A DNA stretch of 40,691 nt from Raillietiella orientalis (taxonomy: Eukaryota), in assembly GCA_036172245.1 (NCBI GenBank), contig JAYWIR010000003.1:7378001-7418691 (forward strand). Direction: 5' to 3'. A program made the translations under genes and the position numbers. The notes under the pieces are model-generated. The model did not search any database, was not told where the DNA came from, and saw only the letters and a program-made list of their open reading frames with translations. Positions 11,115 through 21,799 of the stretch are shown here, piece after piece. Position 1 is the stretch's first letter; every line of letters starts with the position of its first letter.

Positions 11115-14100
11115 ATTCTCGCCCGGTTACGCTGGTGCGTTTATTCCGTGTAAGCATAGAGATTACAGAAAAGAAACAAGTTGGGTACGCAGTTTCCGGC
11201 TGGCGACTGGACAAAAGTGAGGAAGAATTCACCTGGAACGCAGGCCGGTATAACATCGTGCAGAACGGTGTGAGAAATCTGGGAATATAATGAAAAAAAA
11301 GACACATATAAAAACATAACGTGAGGTGGGAAGGGAAAACGTTCTTTGGATTCTCTCCGTAGCGCACCAGCATACGAAGAGTAGCAACGGAAATTCAACG
11401 AAGTGTTCGGGGATCGGACATGGGTGGGCCAGAGGTTACAAGAGTCACAGGAGTACGCCCTTGTTTAACGTCTGCGTATTAGCGATGGATGCCTGCGATA
11501 TCCTCCCTCAGCTCGTCATAAAGGCGAGACCACCTTGCAGCCTTCTCCTTGGATTCAGCTGCAAGCCAGTGGGCCTCCCTTCGCTGCGCTCACGACTGCA
11601 GGGTGTAGCGTGCCTTGAAGGTGGCGCGAATGCAACATATGGTTGCGACGATCACGCCTACCGAGAGTCCATTTTTTTTGAAGAAGTGTCGCAGCACGTC
11701 CATGGTACTGCCTCCCTGTGGCATGATGGCCGAAATGAGCTTTCGGCGCAGTTCAGGGAGGTCACCGCATTCCAGCAAGTGCGGAAAAGACTCGATCTCT
11801 CCGCACCTAAAACAGTTTGGCAAAGCAGCTCCCCCGGAAACGATGCTTCGCCGCTGGCTACAATGGATACCCCAATGTAAGAACAGCAGCACATCTTGTT
11901 TTCATTTCAAAGGGAACTCGGAGCTGTCTTAACAAACGGGGGAACCACTATCTCTTCGGTGGCACACTTAAATGTTCGCTCCACCGAAGCAGACCCTTCG
12001 CCCTATTCCTAGGAGTGGCGGATTTCACCAGCTGCCTTGTCGTCCAGCCGCCGACTAGATTAGACACTCCTGCAATTGTGCAGTACTCCCATTCCGACGG
12101 CTGGAAACTCTCATTATTTGCTCTAAGAGAGGCAACGCTGCGGCGAGGGGTGTGGCGGCCAGACGATCCGACTTCTTGTCCTGCATGAAGTCGTCCAGGG
12201 AATGACTCAAGAGAACATCTTCCAGGTGCATTCCTTCGAAAGCGGCCCACGATGCTAAAGATTCCTGCCACCATGCATTAGCGTTCAGGGACGGTAGGAA
12301 ATCCAACTTCCGGCTTCCAGCAGCGAGGACAGCTATCTCAGCGAAAAGCCAAACCCTTTCCTGCTGTGCCGAAAGTGGGCCAGCAACGAAAGCAGTCCCT
12401 TGCTGCCCATGCAGAGCCGAAGTAGGAAGCACGCGGTAAGCACCACGGCCTACACTACAGGTTGGCACAGAGCGGCAGCATACGAAACTGCACCGGCAGC
12501 TTGATGATGTTCATGTCGAGGATGCCCAAGCCAGCATCTTAACGCAACGTTCCCAAGTCTTCAAGTCTGACCAGGGATCCTGCAGCGCCCCAAAAAGTCT
12601 TGCGTAAAAAGCGATTTGCCTGGATCCTGACTTCCTGGAGGGTGGGTGAACATAAAACAAGGGGCGGAGGAGGGAGGCAACGAATGTGTTCCATATGGTG
12701 ACCCGTTCCAGCAAGACCAACTCGAAGACACCGAGGAACGGACCAAGGCCACGCACTGCCTACCAAAGGCAGTCCGACCACGCTTCTGCTGGACACAATT
12801 TGCCCAACGGAACGCCAAGGTACGCAAATCACTGCTCATGGGGATCCGAGGCGTATCCAGTCGGTCTGTCCCTCCCACGTCGCTCCCACCGGGACGACCA
12901 TGCACTTGCTCCTGTTGACGCTCACGCACGCTCCGCAACGGATCAACTCAAGGAAACCTTTAAGGGACGCCGCCAGTATAGACATGGGCAACAGGAGAAG
13001 CAGGTCGTCAGCATAGGCTGTCACTTCTGGCGCACCTGGACAGGAGCTCGGTCGGTTGGCGAGCGCCAGCCTGTAAAGAGCACGTAAAACCAACTGAAAG
13101 TAGATGCTGAAGAGCAATGGGCTTAAGCTATCGCCTGCCTAACGCCCCGTCGTGCCGGCATACCGTACACGTGACAGCCACTGACACCAAAGGACGATAT
13201 CGCGTGGCGTTAGTAGGCGCGCAAGTACGCCAGCAAAGCCGCCATGTGTCCAGGACGTTCCAGGAGCTCGAGAAGCTTTTGGATCACGCAGTCGCACGCT
13301 TTGCGCAAATCGACTCCAACCGCCAAGGCTCCAGGCGATTCTTTTTGCGGCCCGAGCCTCCGGCTGTGAGCAATAGAAGCGTCTGTGAGCGACTCGACGA
13401 TCCAACGAGACGTGAAGCTGCAATTGCATCCATGTGCGGATGAAGAAAAGGTTCGCGTCCATGGACCGCCAGAGAACAGCTTAGGTATGCTACAGTGTTA
13501 CCACACACTCTGCGATCCTCCTAATCCGCGCCATCCAAAGATTCGAGAATAATGTGGAGTCCGAATTCACTAATCTGATAGGACGCCAATTGCTCAGTTG
13601 GCGCAGATATTCGCCTTTCGCCAGGAGACGCACCTTGGCCGAGAGAAACGAGGTGGACACATCTCCCGCGTCTCGCATTAGCGAAGAGAGGCTAAGCACT
13701 AGGGACATAAAATCCGCCGCTAAGCACTGCAAAAACTGCGCGGGGAGTCCATCTTCGCCTGGAGCCTTTCGACTCTTGAGCCCCACGATGGACGAAGAGA
13801 TTTCCTCTGGCGTGAAGGACCCATCGAGACGCGCGCGTTCCTCCTCGTCGAGAGCAGGTGCATCAACCGGCAGAAGCAGCTCGAAGAGACGGGGTTCCAT
13901 CAACGCCTCTGCATACAACGAAGAGTAATAGGGCCTGACTATCCGTCGCAGGTCGGCTGGCGCCGAGCATCCCCGGTCCAGCCGCTCCAGACTGCCAGAC
14001 CTGGCGCTCGGCGCTGGCCTTGTTCTCGGATAGTCGACAAACGCCCGCATACCTGGAAAAGGATTGACTGGACCGGGAAACTCTGCTGTTGGTTACTGGC

Positions 14101-14268
14101 ACTCCGAAGTCCCTTCGGAGTTGGTGCAAGGAAACCGGTAGTAGAACTCGCGCACCGATTTTTTCAGATCGTCCCAGTCCGCGAACTCACTTATGGCGAA
14201 GATGCAAAGCCGCCTCCAGGAGCCCAAGCCAGTGCGCGGGCATCCTCCAAACACTGTTTGGAGGCCCC
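11115..14268 (-). mobile_element. Family-1 LINE, 5'-truncated ORF2 (RT domain through C-terminal zinc motif) with frameshifts, plus 3' UTR
   Basis: KAPGEDGLPAQF, NWRPIRLVNSD, LFSIYFQLV..AYADDLL, LHWGI..NCFRCGEIESFPHLLEC; 3' terminal motif aataaacgcaccagcgtaaccgggcgagaa at 11116-11145. The 5' boundary is approximate. Confidence 0.92.
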
Positions 14269-14644
14269 TAGACTGAAGGGAGCAACTGGAACTCGATCCT
14301 AAAGATTGTAGAATGGAAATTTTATTTTGATCCGGGCCAAAAATCTTAAATGAAATAATATAATCCTTAGAATGTACACGTAAAACAGTGCAAAGCAACG
14401 GTTTCGAAGCAGCGAATGCCTCTCGAAGAAAAAATACGAAGAGTGCGTTTGCTGCTTTAACTCTTTTCCACTCCTTTTGAGGAAACGCATTGGTGTTGCC
14501 ATTTTTCAGCCAAGCGTTCTTCCCATCCGAGAAAACGTCTCTACCAAAATTCAGTTCAAGCGCTTGCTTGGTACTTTGGAACTTCTTCTCTGAGATAGCA
14601 GTGTGGTCCTTCGGAGACACTTCCACATCCAGAGCCGTCTGCGT

Positions 14645-17600
14645 GATACGTGTCCTACGTGGACACCGTATGCACATTGCACCAAACACAACGTAAACAA
14701 GGAAATCAGAAGCACGCATGAAAAACGGCGTATGCATCCACGCGAGGACACGGAAACTCCATCTCCAACTGAATCTTATGTTGGCCAGCACGATGGATGT
14801 GAGCCAATTGAGAGTCCAGCAAATGAATGACCCGAGTTCTAAGAAAAGTTATCGCACTGGCGTTCTGTTTGAAAGTGCAGGACTGAAGGTGGAAGACCTG
14901 AAGGACTGAAGCTCCACGAAAGGTGCAGACGCATCACGAAAGCAAGGCTACGAAAACTGCACGGAGGTGCAGCATCTGCGAAACCGACAGATGCCATTCG
15001 TGGAACTGATTCTCGTGAGAACTGCGTCCCGGAGTTTCAGCATGACAGAGAACTTTCCCATCGGAAACGCGCCGAAACAGAAACAGATAAGGACCAATCT
15101 CGTAGATACAACGACTTTCCATAAAAAGCAATCAGGAAGGGACCAGCATTCCACTCTCTCAATATAGTGCAGTTCACGCACGCCTTGCAGGCCCTATAGT
15201 GTGCACGTGAGTTCCCTTTCAACAAGATGGACATGCTTGTCCTTTTGCTTTTACAGTTGCACATGCTGCTTGCATTGGCCACTCCTCTCAACCAGGAATG
15301 GGCAAAGTTCAAGGTGAGTTCCGGATGCCAGTCGGAATCGCCGGGTCCCCGCGGCGAACCTCAGATTCCCTTCGGCTGGAGCTTAAATCGAGAAGAACTA
15401 GAAGGAAAGAAAGTTGGTGGCTGAATCAGATCTCGAGCCCTGGGGGGAGTGGCAGGGTTTTTACTTTTGCACGTTTCCCTTGCCATCAAGTTTAGGCGTT
15501 ACACGCGCATTCACGTCTCTCCCATGGCAACACTCCATCCGATGTGCATGCAGTTCCACCATTCCGAATTGCTTCAGCGTGCGAGCACAGTCCGTTCGCA
15601 TGCAACCAGCAGCTTTCTGACAGCTGGAAGCTACCGTGGCTCTGATGCCTCCGAGCATGTTCCGCTTTCATCCACATGGTGCACAAGTCCGAGCGTGAGA
15701 CGAAAGTTTCGCTACGTACGCTGTCACGCTGCTCCCGTACTTCGGCTCCCTAGGTCACAGCTGGTACCTCCTCGTCCGCTTCAAAGCAACCTCACGACCA
15801 GCCTTGCAGACTTCATGTCTCCCTCTTCGGCGAGTGCTTCCTCATGAACCACGCACCGTTGACCTGCAAATTTCTTACACTGCCTCCGTTCCCTTGCAGC
15901 ATGTGCACGGCAAGAAGTACGCGAGCACGGGAGAAGAGAGGCACCGCCTTTCCGTCTACCTGAAGAACAAGCGAATGGTGGAGGAACACAACGCAAAGTC
16001 CGAGAGAAATGAGACCAGCTTCAGGATGGCTCTGAACCGGTTCGCCGACACGGTGAGTGCCATCAACTGCATCCTCTCGCGAATGCCTTCTGGGCAAGTG
16101 TTGCGAGCTGCACTCTGGCCCGCCCGTTCTCTCGCCACGCACGGGAAGTGTTTGGGTGTTCGGGTGTTGGGCTCCATAGGAAATCACCGTTCTTCACTAT
16201 TTCCTAGCAACTGCCACTCCAGGAAAGTGCCTGTCCCAAGTGCCCTCCCTCAGAATTGTCCTCATGCTTCTAAGATGCAGATTCCTTTAGCGAGCAATGC
16301 TGTCAGCTTCACGGAAGAGTATCGGAAGCTCCTCCGAATTCGTTTGCACTTCTTTTCGTTCTCCAGGAAGCCTGGGAGTGGAACAGAGGACTGAACGAAT
16401 GGAATGGAACTCCTCCCTCTCTTCCCCGGGCCGCGATTCCTGTATCCTCTGATATATTTCCAAACACTTTTGATTGGAGAGATAAAAATTGCGTGGCTGC
16501 AGTGAAGGACCAAGGATTTTGCAGCTACGATTGGGCCTTCAGCGCGGTAACACTTCTGGACTCTTCAGAAGCAGCGTTATGCTCGAATGATGATACCTTA
16601 GGTTGCTGCCCTGGAAAGTGCTTCATGCGTGAGCAAACAGAAATTGGTAGTACTGAGCGAGCAAACATCATCGACTGTTGTTCAGTTTCCGACAACTGCT
16701 TGCAATCGGCGTTGTCCTTTTTCGCATTTCAGTGTGCAACCACATTGAAAGGAGTCGACACGGACGCGTATTATCCGTACAAAAATTACGTTGGTGCCTC
16801 GCGTATCCACACTGAGCAAGGTGGTAGAGTTCGCTATGATTTCAGAAATCACACTGCAATTTTTCTGTGGACCACATCGGAGTCTGGATTAACTCGTACC
16901 TGTATCTGACAGCAGGGAATGAATATCTGCTGCAACAATCTCTTTACACTAAAGGACCGATTTCTGTGTCTTTCGATGGCAGCCACGACTCCTTCAGGTT
17001 TTACTCTTCAGGTACGACTGCTTACGTGCGCATTCCTTGTGCTGTACGGTCTCTTCCACAATTCCTAGGAGTGTACTACGAGGATACTTGCGGCAAAGCA
17101 GGAGTACATAACGGCCTTCTTGTGGGGTACGGAGTGTCCGACAGAGGAGAAGACTACTGGACAGTGAGGAATTCCTGGGGCACACATTGGGGCGAAAAAG
17201 GCTACATCAGGATCGCCCGTGGAAGAAACAACCAATGTGGGATCGCCTCCCTGCCTGTGCTTCCTGTGATCCTTACCTGACGTGTGAAGTAAACGTGTTG
17301 ATCAAAAAGTTTCCACTTTTGTATCCGCATTGCTGTCTACCGTAGACAACACGAAGACACTTGTAACACCGCGTAATTACACGTTCTTCTTCAAAACGGA
17401 AAGCAGTATTCCCAGCCTATTGCGCAGGGAGGCTTCGAAGAGAAGTAAAGATGGCGTTTTCGGGGGAAATAGCCAAACTGCTGGTGCTCCGCCTCACGCA
17501 GTGTTGTCAGATTGCCTTGCGTTTGCGCCGCTCGTAATGGCGCTAATTTGAGGATCTTTTTGCATTTCGATTGGTGTCTTTCACGACCGCAAATGCTCCC

Positions 17601-19674
17601 AGAGCATCGGATGTCGACCCACTCTCCTTCAGATTCCCTTGTGCAGAATCCTCACTTTCACCAAGGAAACTGAGGCTTCATCTCTCCAGGTAATTTGCGG
17701 TCTTCCTGCGCCACAAAAAACTTCACTCACTCTTAACCACTCTTCTGTTCCGGCTCTTCTTGTATTTCTTCGATCTGACCCACAACAGCTTAGGGCAGAG
17801 TCGCATTTTCTTTTTTTTCTTGTCTGTAGCGAGATCCGTGTATACGGAGAAGTTTGAGATGAGAATCAGTCCTTCAACCTTCGTCCTGACTTCAATCGCT
17901 CCAACGGTAGAAAGGGTTCATCTTTTGCCAGGCTGAGGCCTGAACGCGTCCGGCAAGGCTCGCATGTTGACCCGAAGTGAGGTCGGCTACAGAGCTAAGA
18001 CTAAGAACATGGGGTCGTCGCCAGCTGAAGACTACCCGTCGCCCCTTCCTTTAAAGACAGGAAGAAAACTCTCTGCGATCTGTGCGTATCTGAGGAAGGC
18101 ACCGGACTCACTCTTGGAACGAGGAAGCATCTGTCGTTCTCCAAAATGTTCGACAGCACGACGCCGAATTGACCTCGGTGAAGTGAAGAGACAAGGAAAA
18201 GTTGTGCGGCCACGACACTGGTACTCATCCAGAAGGACATCCCTCGCCTTTTCTGTATTTCCTTAATCACGGAATCCTTCGTTGCCTGTCAGCGTGGAAG
18301 GCGAGAGTCAATCCAACCAACCCTGTCGTCTGTAACCTCGCAACTGACGGCCTTTCTCTGGAAGGGAGCTGCCGCCTTCCATGTCGTTCAGAGCCCGATG
18401 AGATTCGCTTACATGACCTTGCGCTGTTCGCGGTGACTACCAACGACTATCCGCTTTACCATAAACAGCAGCATTTGGTTTTCCTCACGTTGCAGAATGT
18501 CCTTCATGGAGTACCCGCGGGTGGATTTCGTCCAGGCAAGTTCCGAATCGCGACAGGTGTGGGGGTTTGGTCCTTTCTGTACCTACACGAATTTGCGCTC
18601 CTTTTCTGCATATTTGAGACCATTCTATCGCCATCTTCGGTAATCCGATGGGCACCCTCAGATTCCTTTTGGTGCGCTTGTTCTTTAGACATGCACTGCC
18701 GCCCACCTCGTCTTCAGCAGCTTCTTTCTTCTTCCGCATTATTGAGACTGTCTCGAACTCCTTGAGAACAGCCCTCAACGATAAGCTATCCATTCACTTT
18801 TCCATTCGCTTCTTTCGTAGGGTGAGTAATTTGGCCCCATGCAACCACCAGCTCCATTAATGATGATGTTCTTGACACCCAGACAGCAAGTTGAGGACCC
18901 TCCTCAATAGCCGATTTCCCCTGTCCAATCGCCCGTACGGAAGCCTCATTCATTTGTTATCGTGTCGTTTTCCTATCGTGCTCTCCGCTCTTTTCTACCG
19001 CCTTGAAGTTTTTCTTCCTGCTTTGTGGGGGCATCCATCATTGATGTCATAATAAAATTCTTCCCAATTTGAAAATATCTTTAGGATCACTTGGTCCTGC
19101 CAAGTGAGAGATCTTGTGTTGACCGGTTTGTGGATCGCCAATGTCCGTTTCCGCGTCGACGGAGAAACAAATAAAATGAACCCACACAGGAGAAAAGAGA
19201 TTATCTGGTGCTGAGGGAGAAGCAGGGAAGCAGCCCATAAATCATTTCCACGTGAGGCGTCCTCTGCATCCTGTCGAGGATGCCGACAAATTCTTTAGCC
19301 TGATCTCTTAGGTGGGACCAACTGGAGGCGTTATTCAATAATGTTACCTCCCAGTTGATGGCGTCCCTGTCATCTTTCCTTTTCTTTGCGCGTTGCAGGC
19401 TCCCACGAATCGAAATATGCAGCAGAAAACTGCTTGGGACGCGGCTCGTCGCCGGGAGGCGCGCATGAAAGGCCTCGAAAATTGTTCGTCAGGTCGCTTA
19501 TCGTGGTTCGTGAAAGAGTCGATCCCAGAGGGGTTCCAGGGACTCAGTCCATGCGTGAGGACGGGAAGGTCTGCTTCTCGCAGCACCGATCCGAATTGGC
19601 ATGCACACTACATCGTGTCTGGTGATAGAGGCGTGCCTTGCATGGGATTTCCCAGTGCAATACCAGCAATGCCG
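14645..19674. repeat. Right arm of the ~5 kb inverted duplication (partner 730-5770); includes a copy of the LINE remnant at ~19008-19674
   Basis: Reverse complement of 730-5770 along its length. Confidence 0.97.
15227..17280 (+). pseudogene. Cathepsin L-like C1A homologue; exons 15227-15313, 15900-16052, 16367-16546, 16602-16789, 16846-17011, 17069-17280; catalytic Cys replaced by Asp; 1-nt deletion in exon 4
   Basis: All introns GT-AG and phase-consistent (last three 55-57 nt). QGFCSYDWAFS in place of QGxCGSCWAFS; His (VHNGLLVGYG) and Asn (WTVRNSWG) retained. gagcaaacatc near 16663 has one fewer A than the other copy, breaking SEQNIIDC. If that is a homopolymer assembly error, the gene is intact. 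Confidence 0.9.
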
Positions 19675-19998
19675 GAGTGCTCCGCTAGCAGCGCTTTCGT
19701 TCTGACGTGTTTTTTACGCGCTCCTGACTCGGTTTGTGTTCATTGATGTAGGGCGGTGATTCAGTGGTTGGAGGATGGCAGAAATGCCTGATCCCGCCAC
19801 TGGTGAATGTGGGGGGGGCGACGGTCGAACGTCACTTGTCCCCATGGACGTGAGGCACTAGCCTTGAAAGCTTCATTTCTCCCGCTAGCGAGGGACTACA
19901 GCGCCATGGTCGTGGCGCCATATGCAGCGGCCATGGCCGAGTCCTAGGCCTACAAGGCCTATGGCTACAGCCTCAGCCTGCTGTTTAAGGTAGGCCGG

Positions 19999-20805
19999 GT
20001 GTTCGACGATCGTGTGGCGCGCTCCTTTGAGCAGGAGCTGCACCACTTGAATGTTAACAAGGAGGATCTGTTGGGTCTTCATCCGCAGCGGGGGCAGCAT
20101 TTCGAGCTGACCTGCAAAGAAGCATGGTTGGCGCAAGGACTGCTGCGAATCCCCGTTAGGATCGAAGACAGCCAGATCTTACCTGTCCCGGTGGACAACT
20201 CAATAGCTGTTCACCTCCGCGGAATCACCCTATGGATGCTCCCGAGTGCCCTCAGGGCTGCATTGAGCAAATTCGCCACCGTGCACGCACTGTGGGGGAA
20301 GCCCAACAGACTCCTTACTTATGACGGACTTCTATGCGGGCTCGCCGCTGCGCGCATCACGGTTGCCAAGCACGTTGGTATTCCCCACAAACTGGTTGTC
20401 GGCGGAGATACTGTCGACATCTGGCATCTGGGTAAACACAAATACTGCGCGTTCTGTGATGCTACGGGACACGTGAAGAAACGTTGCTCCAACATCACCT
20501 GCCGCAAGTGCGAGGCAACGGGGCACACGGAAGAAATGTGCCCGAAAAAGACTCCGCGCGCGCTGACTGCTGCCGCGAGTGGCACGAACGCGAATAAAAA
20601 GAAGCCTGGCAAGCCCAGGCCAACGTCCGAAAAACAGGAGCCAGCCGAAAAGGCCGTGCCGAGCACCCCGTCTGCGGAAACGCAGGCAACCGGGGTGGAA
20701 GGAGAAGAGCCGGACTGGCAAAAGGTCAGCTATAAAAAAGAGAACTTGAAAAAGAAGAATAAAGTCCCTGCAAAAACGCGAAACCCGCGAAAAAGCAGAG
20801 ACTGA
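19999..20805 (+). CDS. LINE ORF1 (gag-like) with two CCHC zinc knuckles; host element spans ~19675-21193, is frameshifted and is cut by the 3' end of the next element
   Basis: YCAFCDATGHVKKRC and TCRKCEATGHTEEMC knuckles; RRM-like region VHLRGITLWMLPSALRAALSKF; K/E/P-rich tail. The true start probably lies upstream. Confidence 0.85.
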   Translation: MFDDRVARSFEQELHHLNVNKEDLLGLHPQRGQHFELTCKEAWLAQGLLRIPVRIEDSQILPVPVDNSIAVHLRGITLWMLPSALRAALSKFATVHALWGKPNRLLTYDGLLCGLAAARITVAKHVGIPHKLVVGGDTVDIWHLGKHKYCAFCDATGHVKKRCSNITCRKCEATGHTEEMCPKKTPRALTAAASGTNANKKKPGKPRPTSEKQEPAEKAVPSTPSAETQATGVEGEEPDWQKVSYKKENLKKKNKVPAKTRNPRKSRD

Positions 20806-21193
20806 AAAAATGCACGATCGCACTGGAGCGTCTTACGGACGCCGAAGTGCCGAGCAAACAGGTCGTTGCCGTGTGCAACAACGCTGACAGCCCCGTCGCT
20901 GTGCAAACAGCAGCCGAGGGCTGCGGCGAGGGGGAGAGCCGCGATGACGCGGACTTTGCGAAAGCCGCAGCCGAGCTCGCCGCCTCCGTTCCTCAACCAC
21001 CCACAAAGGGCGGGAAGAAGGCCGTTCGACGTCCGGCCGAAAGGAGGGGTACCGGGACCTCGGACTCGGACCCGAAGTCCGGACACGCACCATCCGCGTT
21101 TGCACCCCCGAGGAAGACCGGACGGAAAATCCGTAACACGAGGAGGATCGTCTCCTCCGAGGAAGGGGAATCCTCCGAAAACGAGGGTGCGGC

Positions 21194-21799
21194 GTTTTCA
21201 CCCGGTCAAGTTTATTTAGAAAACTTGCAGTGTTTGCGGTACAAGGCCCCACTGCGGCCAATAGTTCTATGGAGTTGTCGGGTGGTCGGTGCACAGACCG
21301 AGTTGTCACTCCACGTCAACGGATGGGGCTGGGGGAAAAACAAAAATAAAAAAAAATATTAAAATTAAAAATACTTCTCAGTTGGAGGGCCGGGAAGGGA
21401 CCACTGTCCGTTGCGTGGAGCTTCCATCCTTTGCAGGATGCCGACGAGGTCCTGGTACAGATTTCCCAGATGGGGCCATCGGGATGCTATTCGCAGAAAG
21501 CGAGCTGCATACTCCAAGGCATCCCTTTCGTTCACATCCTCTGCTTCTTCGGATCCACTCCAAGCTGCCACAATACCGCGCACGCAGCAGAGAGCTGCTA
21601 TTACAGCGGCTGGCTGCAGGGCGTCCCGCACGACAAGGAGCCGAAAAACGTCTCAGGGAAGGCTACCTTCCAGGATCCCTAAGGTGGAACCGAAGCGTTC
21701 CCACAGGGGCCGGAGGGTAGCACAGTTAACTAAAAGGTGCGGGAGGGTTTCCCACTCCCCACACCGGGCACAGTTTGGGTTCACACTTCCCCGTGTCCA
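21194..21799 (-). mobile_element. Family-1 LINE copy B, 3' portion (zinc motif, 3' UTR, terminus)
   Basis: WTRGSVNPNCARCGEWETLPHLLVNC; ends aataaacttgaccgggtgaaaac at 21194-21216. The reading continues from the piece at 24365-25197. Confidence 0.9.
21785..21799 (+). repeat. Target-site duplication of copy A (partner 24363-24377)
   Basis: acttccccgtgtcca vs acttccccgtatcca: 15 nt, one mismatch. The first 2 nt overlap the element terminus. Confidence 0.85.
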
